DNA of 64,000 bases, from the NCBI GenBank assembly GCA_964540715.1, contig CAZINZ010000003.1, positions 6,751-70,750 on the forward strand. Direction: 5' to 3'. A program made the translations under genes and the position numbers. Positions 34,491 through 44,075 of the stretch are shown one piece after another (position 1 is the stretch's first letter; each line of letters starts with the position of its first letter). The notes under the pieces are model-generated. The model was given only the letters and a program-made list of their open reading frames with translations, ran no database searches and was not told the origin of the DNA. The stretch comes from an uncultured Syntrophaceae bacterium. GTDB taxonomy: Bacteria; Desulfobacterota; Syntrophia; Syntrophales; UBA2210.

Positions 34491-35927
34491 ATGATTCGCA
34501 TGAAATACGACCTGTTCAAGGTCCTGAGATCTTTTATAACTTTCATTTCAGGAAAGAACGAGCAACAGCCAACAGCAGAGAAGGAAAAAATTCACCCAGT
34601 CGAGAAAAGAAAAGAAACATCAACAGGAAGAAACAGGAAAGCCCCGGCAAAGAAAGTTCCGGCAGAGAAAGTTCCGGCAGAGAAAAAGAAGGAACGCATG
34701 CTGTTCCGCGAACTTGGCCTTCCTCCACAAATCCTCGGTGCAATCGAGAAGATTGGATACCGAGAGATGACCCCTATTCAGGAGGCTACCTATTCAATCA
34801 TTGCCTCGGGGCAGGATCTCTGCGCCCTCGCGGAAACGGGATCTGGAAAGACGGCCGCATGCTCGATTCCCCTTGTTCAGAAGATCGATACCTCACTGAA
34901 CGCCATCCAGGGCCTGGTGATCGTCCCGACCCGTGAATTATGCCTTCAATATGTGGATGAAATCGAAAAGGTCGGTGCCGGGGCCGGGGTGGTCTCGTTT
35001 GCCGTTTTTGGCGGATTCAGCAAGGAGATTCAGATCGCCAAGATAAAACACGAGGTACATATCCTCGTCGCGACTCCAGGGCGGCTCATTGATCTTCTGT
35101 ATGACGGGGTTGTCATCCTGTCGAACGTGAAATGTGTCGTCCTCGATGAAGCAGATGAACTCTTGAAGGAAGGATTCCTTGAGGATATCGAGTTTATCAT
35201 GTCATGTATGATCAACAAGCATCAGACACTCCTCTTCGCCGCGACAATGGATGACAATATCACAAAGCTTTCTCATAATTTTCTGCGAGAGCCCGAATAC
35301 ATCTCTCTTATCAAAAAGAGGGCAGCGCCGGCGAGTATCGAACATTATTTTGCCTATCTCCACTCGAGTCGCAAGGAGGCGAGCCTCACAAAATATCTTG
35401 AGGATGAGGACGTCAGCCAGGCGATCATTTTCTGTAACGCCCGGCACAAGGTTGACAAGTTATTCCGCGATATGCGTAAGCACTACAAGGACATCGAGTA
35501 TATCCATGCCGGGCTCAGTCAGAACAAGCGTTCTTCCATATTCAGGCAGTTTAAAACAAAGAAGCTTCGTTACCTTATCGCCACTGATGTCGCAGGGAGA
35601 GGGCTTGATTTTACGCACGTATCCCATGTAGTGAACTGGGACTTACCGATGGACGGAACGCAGTATACTCATCGTACCGGTCGTTCCGGGCGGATGGGGA
35701 GAAGGGGCCGGGCCTTTTCCCTTGTGACCAGGCGTGACCTCCCCCAGCTTCGTGAACTTATACGGAAGAAGAAAATTATCCCCCACTGGATCGGGGAGAG
35801 CCCGTTTAAGGAAAGCAAAACGCCACAGGAAGAGAAAACCCCCCAAAGAAAAAGACCCTACCGGCGCCACAGCGGTGGAGAAATAAAGCGTGACAGGGCA
35901 GGAGCAAAAAGAGAAAACCAGCCTTAG
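34491..35927 (+). CDS. DEAD-box ATP-dependent RNA helicase with a Lys/Pro-rich N-terminal extension and a basic C-tail
   Basis: 478 aa with a Q-motif region, AETGSGKT, VLDEADELL, SAT-like FAATM, and HRTGRSGR. The true start is uncertain and could be a downstream Met. Confidence 0.9.
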   Translation: MIRMKYDLFKVLRSFITFISGKNEQQPTAEKEKIHPVEKRKETSTGRNRKAPAKKVPAEKVPAEKKKERMLFRELGLPPQILGAIEKIGYREMTPIQEATYSIIASGQDLCALAETGSGKTAACSIPLVQKIDTSLNAIQGLVIVPTRELCLQYVDEIEKVGAGAGVVSFAVFGGFSKEIQIAKIKHEVHILVATPGRLIDLLYDGVVILSNVKCVVLDEADELLKEGFLEDIEFIMSCMINKHQTLLFAATMDDNITKLSHNFLREPEYISLIKKRAAPASIEHYFAYLHSSRKEASLTKYLEDEDVSQAIIFCNARHKVDKLFRDMRKHYKDIEYIHAGLSQNKRSSIFRQFKTKKLRYLIATDVAGRGLDFTHVSHVVNWDLPMDGTQYTHRTGRSGRMGRRGRAFSLVTRRDLPQLRELIRKKKIIPHWIGESPFKESKTPQEEKTPQRKRPYRRHSGGEIKRDRAGAKRENQP

Positions 35928-35996
35928 AAATCAAGAATAAACAAGTCATACAGATTTCGCCGTAATAAGGTGTATGAGTAATTTCTTCTTGCTGAC

Positions 35997-36407
35997 TTAG
36001 CTCAAGCCCGTCTTGTCCTGACTCTGAAACAAATCAAAGGCATCGTTTACATCAGTGAACTCCAGAGAATGGTTTTTACAACCGTTACGGGAACAGACTT
36101 TTACGGTTCCCCCCTGCTGTAATTGAAACCCGACTATGGGCGCCTTGCATTCACATGTTTGATACACGGGGAAGGGATTCCCGCATTGTGGGCAGAACAG
36201 GGAGCAAATAGCATCCTTAATGTCATCCACACCATCAAATTTTTTGTTATAACTTCCGTAAACCTGACTCAGATAAATGTGACCTGACTTTTTTTCAATC
36301 TTTGTCTCAAGATCTATCGAAGGAAGATCATCAAGCCTGACATCAGGATTCATCAGGGATTTACCACATGCGGGACATTTGACGAGAATTTTAATTGAAC
36401 CAGTCAT
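35997..36407 (-). CDS. Cys-rich (multiple zinc-ribbon-like CxxC) hypothetical protein, last gene of the acyl-CoA cluster
   Basis: 136 aa with CPACG, CPQCG, CEC and CSRNGC motifs. An RBS-like aaggaggttcgat precedes the ATG. No family recognised. Confidence 0.55.
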   Translation of the reverse strand: MTGSIKILVKCPACGKSLMNPDVRLDDLPSIDLETKIEKKSGHIYLSQVYGSYNKKFDGVDDIKDAICSLFCPQCGNPFPVYQTCECKAPIVGFQLQQGGTVKVCSRNGCKNHSLEFTDVNDAFDLFQSQDKTGLS

Positions 36408-36449
36408 ATCGAACCTCCTTGTTTTTTTTGTGCCTTTCCTAATAGCTAT

Positions 36450-38261
36450 TTATTCGCTGAAGTACTCCGGCCTCATGGAGACGGTAAGCCCGTCGCCACT
36501 GTTTTTCAGCCGCACAGCAAGTCCATGAATCTTCGGCAGTTCGTATTCGAAGAAGTAACGGAAGGTATGTAGTTTTCCGCGGTAAAAATCGGTATCGGCG
36601 GCCTCAGAGGCTCCGGCAAGCGCCTCATCCGCCGTAAGGGCCTGGAGAAGCCATTGCCAGGCGATGGCGATGATACCGAAGAATTCAAGAAACAGTGTCG
36701 CGTCGGCCAGGAAGATTTCTATTTCTCCCTTGAGGGCAATTTCCGTCAGGCTTTGGGCAACCTCTTTCAGGGATTGCAGGGCCTCCTGCAGTTTTTCCGC
36801 ATATGGCGCTAACTCATCAATTGACTTTGCCCCGGCAATTGCCTTTTCGACTTCCTCAAGGTAGAGGAGGAGGGCCTTTCCGTCTTTCATGACCATTTTC
36901 CGACCCAGGAGGTCCATCCCCTGGATCCCCGTGGTTCCTTCGTGAATGGGGTGAATGCGCACATCGCGATAATACTGCTCCAGTGGAAACTCATCACAGT
37001 AGCCATACCCGCCCAGGCACTGAAGCCCCTGGCTGCAGGAAAGAACACCCATCTCCGAGGGATATGTTTTTGCTATAGGAGTAAGAATTTCCAGCAGCAG
37101 TTTATATCTCTCCTTCTCTTCTCCATCTTCAAGAACCGTAATAAGGTCTGTATATCTGGAGCACTGGAAAATTAAGGAAAAAGCGCCCTCCACGACGGCC
37201 CTCTGGAAAAGGAGCATCCGCTTGACGTCGGCATGTTCGATAATCGGTATCTGCGGTTCGGCGGGGTCTTTGGAGGTAATCTTTCTTCCCTGGGGTCTTT
37301 CCTTCGTATATTCAAGGGCCGCATAATAGGCAGCGGAAGCAATGGCGGCGGCACCCATACCGACGTCGATCCGCGCCTCGTTCATCATCTGAAACATGCA
37401 CCTGATACCTTTATGGGGTTCTCCCACGAGCCAGCCGCGGCAGTCGTCATTCTCTCCAAGACTGAGCTGCGTAATGGGCGCACCACGATAGCCGAGCTTG
37501 TGATAAATTCCGGTGCAACTTACATCATTGGATACCAGGTCTCCCTTATCATTCAGTCTTTTATTAGGGACGACAAAAAGTGATATTCCCCTTATGCCCT
37601 GCGGAGCACCTTCGATCCGCACAAGCATTAGATTGACTACATTCTCAATGGAATCATACTCGGCACAGGAAATAAATATCTTCTGCCCTTTGAGTGTATA
37701 ATATCCATCGTCAGTGGGACAGGCCGTGGTGGAAACATCGGTCAGGGATGAACCTGCCTGTGGCTCCGTGAGGGCCATGGTTCCCTGCCACTGGCCAGCA
37801 AACATCTTCGGCAAATAGGTATCGATCAACTCCTGAGAACCGAAGGACATAATCAGATGGGCCGCGCCGGTGGTGAGAAAGGGATAGACGCAGGCGGAAT
37901 AATTGGCCGCAGAAAATATCCCCCGAAAGGCCGTCATAACGCTCATCGGTATCTGCTGACCGCCAAGTTCATACGGCGCATGCGCCCCGATCCAGCCCCC
38001 TTCCCCGCAGGCCTTCATGACCGTTTCGACCACGGGATGGACCTTCACCGTGGTTCCCGTGAATTCAGGCTGCTCTTTATCCATTTCGGAGAAAGCGGGA
38101 AAGAGAATATCCTTTCCCATTCTCATCCCCGTGTCCAGCACCATATCAAAAACTTCTCGGTTGTGATCGGCAAAGAAAGGGTATGCAGTTAGTGATTCCA
38201 CATCGAACATTTCATAGAGCATGAATTTCAGATTCCGCATACTGATAAAGGTTTGAGCCAT
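36450..38261 (-). CDS. Long-form (~600 aa) acyl-CoA dehydrogenase with extra N- and C-terminal domains
   Basis: ACAD core (GTMALTEPQAGSSL, GISLFVVP, GYGYCDEFPLEQYYRDVRI) plus a C-terminal extension. The start was moved to the ATG with a GGAGG RBS; the track begins at TTG 38267. Confidence 0.9.
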   Translation of the reverse strand: MAQTFISMRNLKFMLYEMFDVESLTAYPFFADHNREVFDMVLDTGMRMGKDILFPAFSEMDKEQPEFTGTTVKVHPVVETVMKACGEGGWIGAHAPYELGGQQIPMSVMTAFRGIFSAANYSACVYPFLTTGAAHLIMSFGSQELIDTYLPKMFAGQWQGTMALTEPQAGSSLTDVSTTACPTDDGYYTLKGQKIFISCAEYDSIENVVNLMLVRIEGAPQGIRGISLFVVPNKRLNDKGDLVSNDVSCTGIYHKLGYRGAPITQLSLGENDDCRGWLVGEPHKGIRCMFQMMNEARIDVGMGAAAIASAAYYAALEYTKERPQGRKITSKDPAEPQIPIIEHADVKRMLLFQRAVVEGAFSLIFQCSRYTDLITVLEDGEEKERYKLLLEILTPIAKTYPSEMGVLSCSQGLQCLGGYGYCDEFPLEQYYRDVRIHPIHEGTTGIQGMDLLGRKMVMKDGKALLLYLEEVEKAIAGAKSIDELAPYAEKLQEALQSLKEVAQSLTEIALKGEIEIFLADATLFLEFFGIIAIAWQWLLQALTADEALAGASEAADTDFYRGKLHTFRYFFEYELPKIHGLAVRLKNSGDGLTVSMRPEYFSE

Positions 38262-38444
38262 GAACAAATCCTCCTTCTATTATAATCAGGGATATCGCCC
38301 TTTTCAAACAATGTCTCAGGCAGAGACGCTACGTTGAGCCGGCAGGTTAACCGCTGTTTATCTCATTCAAACCGTCTATTATAAGATCAAGTCCTCCCTC
38401 GGAGACCTTCGCTATTCTCCTGCCAACACACCTCACTGAAAGTG

Positions 38445-38822
38445 TCACTCGAATTCATGTGGAAGTGGGTCACCATCGACGTCCTCGTAGACTTCCGGTC
38501 GAAACCGGGGGGTGCAGACGGCGAGGAAAATCAGATCACCTTGACCAAGGTTGGTAATCCGCTGACGGCACGACGGGGGTATGAACACCACGTCTCCGAC
38601 ACTCACATCCCGCGGTGGAAGATTACCGACCTCCGCACGCCCACTACCCTCAAGGATAACGTAACGCTCCACTGTCCCGACTATCCGATGCCACCGCGTG
38701 GTTACCCCAGGTGCGACGCGCACCCGGGCGATAGAGGCGTCCGGGTCATCCGGTGTGTTGGACAGCTCGATAATGTAACATTTTTCGGGAGTGTAAAACT
38801 CCACTCCAGGATTAATGTTCAT
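38445..38822 (-). CDS. Cupin domain protein (start uncertain; the ORF is open to 38942)
   Basis: Single cupin barrel: ARVRVAPGVTTRWHRIVGTVERYVILEGSG...GDVVFIPPSCRQRITNLG. There are several candidate Met starts. Confidence 0.7.
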   Translation of the reverse strand: MNINPGVEFYTPEKCYIIELSNTPDDPDASIARVRVAPGVTTRWHRIVGTVERYVILEGSGRAEVGNLPPRDVSVGDVVFIPPSCRQRITNLGQGDLIFLAVCTPRFRPEVYEDVDGDPLPHEFE

Positions 38823-39089
38823 AACGGCTTCGTTCATTTCATACACAAGTTGACCCCCATCGCAAAGCTCACCCGCCTCCATCACTGCTTGTCCCTGAAC
38901 TTTGAAAAGCCACTTGCTTGAATGCAGGGCAGGACATTTCATAAACCGTAACGCTGCTGGTTGTCAGATAGTGCGATCGAATAGGCTAACTTACTGACAT
39001 AATTACATCTTATAAATAATGGGATACAAACTATTTTGAAAAATAAAGTATTGCGTCCCTGGAATTTCCCCTGGAATTTCTGAGCGTGT

Positions 39090-39845
39090 CTATTTCCCCA
39101 TGAAAACCTGCATAATGGTCAGGGCCTGATTACGGTCTTCCAGACGGATAGCGTCTTCCAGGCTCATCCCTCCCGTGTTCCGGTCCAGCGCTTCTTTCGT
39201 AACCCGGAGACCCAGGGGTGACTTGCCCGCCATGTTCCGGGCCATGGCCATCGCTTCGTCCATCAGATTTTCCGGTTCGTGTATCGCTTGGAGAAATCCT
39301 ATCCTGAGGGCTTCCGAAGCATTCATGAAATCACCCGTCAGGAGATACCGCGCCGCGTTCCCCGTTCCTACGGCGCGCGGCAGGAGCCATGATGCCCCCA
39401 TATCGGCGCCTCCGAAGCCCAGGTTTATATATGCCGCCTGGAATCGCGTCTTTGGCACCCCAAACCTTACATCACAGGCCATGGCAAGGGAGAATCCCGC
39501 CCCCACTGCCACGCCGTTGATCGCCCCAATGATCGGCTGGGGAGTCTGTCTCATGAAAAGAATGAAATCGGAATAAAGACGCTGGTTCTCATAGGCCGAT
39601 TTAGGGGTGTATCCATCCTTCGGACTCATTATCTCCGGGTCCCCGATGTCCAGGCCCGCGCTGAATCCCCGTCCCGCACCTGTGAGCACGAGCACCCTTG
39701 TATCCAGATCATCGATACGCTCTTTCAGGCAGCGGCGAAACTCGTCCCGCATGGTGAAATTGATGGCATTGAGCGAGTCGGGACGGTTCAGTGTAATGAT
39801 TCCGATCGGACCTTCACGTTCAAATGTAATAGTGGTGTAATCCAT
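39090..39845 (-). CDS. Enoyl-CoA hydratase/isomerase (crotonase) family
   Basis: MDYTTITFEREGPIGIITLNRPDSLNA..., GAGRGFSAGLD, INGVAVGAGFSLAMACD. The start is chosen at the Met with a G-rich RBS. Confidence 0.9.
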   Translation of the reverse strand: MDYTTITFEREGPIGIITLNRPDSLNAINFTMRDEFRRCLKERIDDLDTRVLVLTGAGRGFSAGLDIGDPEIMSPKDGYTPKSAYENQRLYSDFILFMRQTPQPIIGAINGVAVGAGFSLAMACDVRFGVPKTRFQAAYINLGFGGADMGASWLLPRAVGTGNAARYLLTGDFMNASEALRIGFLQAIHEPENLMDEAMAMARNMAGKSPLGLRVTKEALDRNTGGMSLEDAIRLEDRNQALTIMQVFMGK

Positions 39846-40027
39846 TGATTTCCCCCCTTTGGATATTGTAATGGTGCCCCAACCATATTCTTTCCGGATT
39901 GGAAATGATGACGTGTTCTTAAAAGGGAGCGCCACCCGGGAAATGGCTGATGAATTCCACTGGAGAAATTGTGCGACGGGACGACGCGCTCAATCATTCC
40001 GGGCAGGCTCCTTCTTGGACGATTTTC

Positions 40028-41020
40028 TTAGTTTGAAATTTTCCCGGACACAAGGGCTATCTGCTCCTCGGCCTCTTTCATCATTCCCTCTACGAGTTCT
40101 TTGCAGGTCATGATCTTGTGGACCAGGCCCACCGACTGTCCCACCATCATGGGGGCCAGATCAACATCCCCTGTTTCCCAAGCTTGAGATATCCGTCCCC
40201 CGGTAATCATGGGAATAATCTCCTCGAGGCTTGCCCCCCTTGCCTCAAGATCCAGAACACCAAGCACATTCTTGTTTTTCAGCGCCCGAGCCTGAAGACC
40301 GATGGACTTGCAGATGAGTGTTGTATCCAGTTCCTGACTGTTGACAAGTTTATTCTTTATATTGTCATGTATATTACATTCCTTGCTCGTCAGAAAGCGG
40401 GTGCCCATCATCACTCCCTGTGCTCCCAGCATCAGGGCCGCCGCCATTGTCTTGCCGTTCGCGATCCCCCCCACGGTAACTACCGGAAGGTTTACCTCTT
40501 CCAAGATTCTCGGCGTGAGCACCATAGTCGTGACATCGTCATTCAGGGGATGCCCCCCCTCTTCAATACCCGCGGCAAATATTCCGTCATACCCCACGCT
40601 TTCGGCATGTCTCGCGTGGCGGACGGAACCCAGCTTGTGAAACATCTTGACCCCGGCCTTCTTGAGCATCTCGATATATTCCATGCCACAGGCCTTGTCG
40701 ATCGGCGTACCCGACATCACTACGGCGGCCACCTGTTCTTCCGCACAGACACGAAGATACATCTTGTAATGCTCGCCGGTAAAGCGAAGCGACGGCAGTG
40801 CGGTGACACTCACAGTAAAGGCATTATCCGTAAGGCTGCGCGTTTCATGTATCGCGGCCCTGAAGGCCTCTTCGGTCTCATAGTTGGCCGCAGTAAGATC
40901 GCCTATGGCTCCGGCGTTGGATATCGCCGCACAGAGGGGAGGTTTGCACAGCCACATCATCGCGCCGCATATAATGGGGTACTTTACGCCGAACATTTCA
41001 GTAATTTCAGTCTTTATCAT
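40028..41020 (-). CDS. NMO family FMN oxidoreductase (nitronate monooxygenase / FabK-like enoyl reductase fold)
   Basis: 330 aa with the typical N-terminus FGVKYPIICGAMMW and VVTVGGIANGKTMAAALMLGAQGVMMGTRF. Confidence 0.85.
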   Translation of the reverse strand: MIKTEITEMFGVKYPIICGAMMWLCKPPLCAAISNAGAIGDLTAANYETEEAFRAAIHETRSLTDNAFTVSVTALPSLRFTGEHYKMYLRVCAEEQVAAVVMSGTPIDKACGMEYIEMLKKAGVKMFHKLGSVRHARHAESVGYDGIFAAGIEEGGHPLNDDVTTMVLTPRILEEVNLPVVTVGGIANGKTMAAALMLGAQGVMMGTRFLTSKECNIHDNIKNKLVNSQELDTTLICKSIGLQARALKNKNVLGVLDLEARGASLEEIIPMITGGRISQAWETGDVDLAPMMVGQSVGLVHKIMTCKELVEGMMKEAEEQIALVSGKISN

Positions 41021-41040
41021 TTACTTCTCCTTTTTATTTT

Positions 41041-42594
41041 TTATCTTGTTATTTTTTTCATGGCCATCTGTGCGGCTATTCGGCCCGACAGGAATGATGA
41101 CTCATAACCATGTCCTATCGAGGCGAATCCGCCGGCAAAATCCAGTCCCTTGATAAACTGTTCCTGCGGCCTCGACATTGATCTTGCCACAACGGAATCC
41201 CACGGATCCTGTTCGTAGGCGTATATGGAGCCCTTGAAGGCGCCGGTATAACGCGCAAAGGTTTGAGGGGTGGCAATCTCGATCTCCTCGATATGATCAG
41301 ACAGGGGGGAACCGAGCGCCTCACTGAACTGGTCAATCATAACTTTCGCGAATTCCTGCTTGAACCGCACATAATTCTCCGGTCTGACATCCTTCCATGT
41401 ATCCGGCCCAGCCAGGGCGGTCATGGAAACAATGGTGGTACCGGGAGGAGAACAATCAGGAATCGCTCTGTTCAGGCATATCGCGGCCTGCATCTCCGGC
41501 GCCTCGAAGGTAAAGTAGTTATCATAGGCCTTCCCGGTATCCATGGAGGCACCGATGAAATACCCGTAACTTTCAATGCCCAGTTCGTCCGGCGAGGCAT
41601 CGAGCCCGAGATACACTACAAAGGCGCTGGCGCCGATCTTCCTGGCATTAACCAGTCTGTACGCATCTTCGGGAACCTTGCGCCTGTCATCAACGAGCCT
41701 GCCATATACCACATTCGGAGACAGGTTGGCTATCACATAATCTGTGCCGATGCGCTCACCGGCGGCAGTTTCCACACCGGCAACCCGGCCGTCCTCCACA
41801 AGAATCTTCGTGACCCTTGTGCTGTACTCCGTCCTTCCGCCCAGTTCTCTGATCCTCGCGTCGATGGCCGCGGACATGCCGTGCGACGTATGACGAGGGA
41901 TATATGCCCCTTTCAGTATGTAGTTATAGAGTACCAGCGCCCATATGGTAAAAGACAGCCGGTTGACCGGAATGCCGAGATAACACCAGTAGGGATATAT
42001 CATGTCCAGCGCCCTGTCCGGTATTCCAAAGGTATCCGTCACCTGTTTTGCCGTATACCCCGCCGTCACCATGAAAGATGGATATTCGTCCATCAGTACT
42101 TTCGGATCGGGCATGCCGTTCATCCTGCTTATATAACCTATGGCGCCGAGTGTCTCCCTGCATGTCTGCATGTATCTTTCAATGGATTTTCGGCTCCCCG
42201 GCACTGCCGCGGCGATCGTATCTGTGAATTTCTCGATCCCGAAGGGAATCTTTATATTGACTCCTTCATCGGAGAGGATCAGGTGATACGCCTCCGGAAC
42301 AGGCATGAATTCAACATCCACCCCTCCCTTATCCTGCAGGAACTTTCTCATGAAGCCTTTATCCTGCTCGGACCCCACATTTGATAATTCGTGAAGGGAT
42401 GGCTCAAACTCGAAACGCCCCCGCACAAAACTGGTGGCAAAACCGCCCGGCAGGTTGTGCTGCTCGAGCAGGAGAACCTTTGCATTATCGAGGGATAACT
42501 GCAGGGCAGCGGAAAGGCCTCCATTTCCTGCGCCTATCACCACCGCATCGTAATACGAATCAAAATGCAGGTTGCTTTTTATATTTTTATTCAT
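41041..42594 (-). CDS. FAD-dependent oxidoreductase of the phytoene desaturase/CrtI-CrtISO-RetSat family
   Basis: 517 aa with a dinucleotide fold (YDAVVIGAGNGGLSAALQLS...LLLEQHNLPGGFATSF) and a C-terminal GGFASIGHGY region. Confidence 0.85.
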   Translation of the reverse strand: MNKNIKSNLHFDSYYDAVVIGAGNGGLSAALQLSLDNAKVLLLEQHNLPGGFATSFVRGRFEFEPSLHELSNVGSEQDKGFMRKFLQDKGGVDVEFMPVPEAYHLILSDEGVNIKIPFGIEKFTDTIAAAVPGSRKSIERYMQTCRETLGAIGYISRMNGMPDPKVLMDEYPSFMVTAGYTAKQVTDTFGIPDRALDMIYPYWCYLGIPVNRLSFTIWALVLYNYILKGAYIPRHTSHGMSAAIDARIRELGGRTEYSTRVTKILVEDGRVAGVETAAGERIGTDYVIANLSPNVVYGRLVDDRRKVPEDAYRLVNARKIGASAFVVYLGLDASPDELGIESYGYFIGASMDTGKAYDNYFTFEAPEMQAAICLNRAIPDCSPPGTTIVSMTALAGPDTWKDVRPENYVRFKQEFAKVMIDQFSEALGSPLSDHIEEIEIATPQTFARYTGAFKGSIYAYEQDPWDSVVARSMSRPQEQFIKGLDFAGGFASIGHGYESSFLSGRIAAQMAMKKITR

Positions 42595-43855
42595 ATCGTT
42601 GTCCCTCCCGCGTTAGAATCCCGGAACTGCCCCCATTTCCACCCGCCACAACACCACCGGTAAGGGGAATCCTGATCTCGAGATCGGAAAGGGGATAGGA
42701 TGAGCAAGGATGAATATAACCAAATTTCTTGTCAGCCGCCCTCCTGCCATCCCCATCCGGCAGTACAAACACATCCCCGGACATCAGGAGTGACCGGCAC
42801 ATGCCGCACTCACCGGCACGGCACTGTGAATCAGGACCGATACCCGCCTTTTCCAGAGATACAAGGACCGTATCCACTCCCTTTGCGGATATGGTCCTGA
42901 CCTTGTTTCCCATCCGAACCACAACCGAAAACGTCCTGTCCTTTGTTTCGCCGGGAAATTCTGGTTCCGACGTGACATCAAACGGTTCGCCGGAAGCCTC
43001 TTGTCTGATCCGTCTTCGCGGGATATCCAGCGCTTCCAGCTCCCTGTCAAGGAATCTATACATCTCCCGGGGCCCGCACACGAAAAAGGTCTTCCCCTTC
43101 ACATCCCCAGTATTCTCCGTTATACACGAGGCGGTTATGAAACCCGACGGACCTCTCCACGTGTTATCCGACTCACTGCACACATAGACGACCCTGAATC
43201 TCTCTGGCTCTCTTGCGGCGTACATATCAAATTCTTTTGAGAAAACCGCGCAATCAGGCGTTCGTATTCCATACAGCAGGGTTATCCTCATATCAAGGTC
43301 CCCGGCGAACATCTCGCGGACCATGGAGCGAATCGGGGTTATTCCGGTCCCCCCTGCAATGGCAACAATATCAAGACTGTCACGGAGGGAATCATAATAA
43401 AAATTCCCATGCGGCCCGGACATATCAACAACAGTGCCATTTTTCCAGAGATCCCATATATGTCCCGTGAGGAAACCTCCCTCTTTTTTCTGGATCGTCA
43501 GCTCATAATAGCCTGAAGATAATGCGTCACAGGAAGAAGACGAAATGGAATAGGGTCTGGTTATCCATGCGTCACCGATCTTTGCCTTGAGACTTACATA
43601 CTGCCCCGGACGAAAGACCGGCAGCCCTATACCGGATCCCGCAGCAGGCTCGAGACGAAACGTCTTTACTGAAGGAGTCTCCTCCCTGACCGCACTCACA
43701 ACGAGTTGAATTCCTTCCGGGTGGAGCATTCTCGACAAATCGCCTATCGGATCTTCCATGTCCGGTAATGGCGACGCCTGCTTTACGCGCTCCTGCCTTT
43801 CGGATACAAGCCCGAAAAAGGCGTTCAGGTCTTTCTCTTTTCCATACACCTCCAT
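42587..43855 (-). CDS. FNR-like FAD/NAD(P)-binding reductase fused to a C-terminal plant-type [2Fe-2S] ferredoxin domain
   Basis: 422 aa with RPYSISS (FAD), AGGTGITP (NAD(P)H) and CRAGECGMCRS...C (Cx4Cx2C). Its stop overlaps the next gene's start by 8 nt (ATGAATAA). Confidence 0.85.
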   Translation of the reverse strand: MEVYGKEKDLNAFFGLVSERQERVKQASPLPDMEDPIGDLSRMLHPEGIQLVVSAVREETPSVKTFRLEPAAGSGIGLPVFRPGQYVSLKAKIGDAWITRPYSISSSSCDALSSGYYELTIQKKEGGFLTGHIWDLWKNGTVVDMSGPHGNFYYDSLRDSLDIVAIAGGTGITPIRSMVREMFAGDLDMRITLLYGIRTPDCAVFSKEFDMYAAREPERFRVVYVCSESDNTWRGPSGFITASCITENTGDVKGKTFFVCGPREMYRFLDRELEALDIPRRRIRQEASGEPFDVTSEPEFPGETKDRTFSVVVRMGNKVRTISAKGVDTVLVSLEKAGIGPDSQCRAGECGMCRSLLMSGDVFVLPDGDGRRAADKKFGYIHPCSSYPLSDLEIRIPLTGGVVAGGNGGSSGILTREGQRYE

Positions 43856-44075
43856 TTTATATCCTCCATTTTCTGTTTTATTAACAGGATCGCACCCGTT
43901 TGAAACGCTCGTAACAGGTCTTCATTCCGGCGGAAACCGGAGTCCAGACCACCTGCGACTAAGTCAGCAAAAAGAAATAACTCATAATCAACTTCTTTTC
44001 TGTATGTTACTACATTTTATTGGAATTACCGGCTTTATAAATCTGATACTGTCGTACAAAATCAGGCTTCTTCGC

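Noticed and set aside
40118-42384. Long plus-strand ORFs (329 aa and 373 aa) antisense to the NMO and CrtI-like genes. Similar cases are 21240-22025, 50578-51270, 59788-60711, 62767-63588, 2158-2838 and 25688-26423.
   Set aside because: Each lies entirely opposite a minus-strand gene with unmistakable family motifs. Their translations are low-complexity and Arg/Pro/Gly/His-rich, with no recognisable domains. This is typical of antisense frames of real genes.
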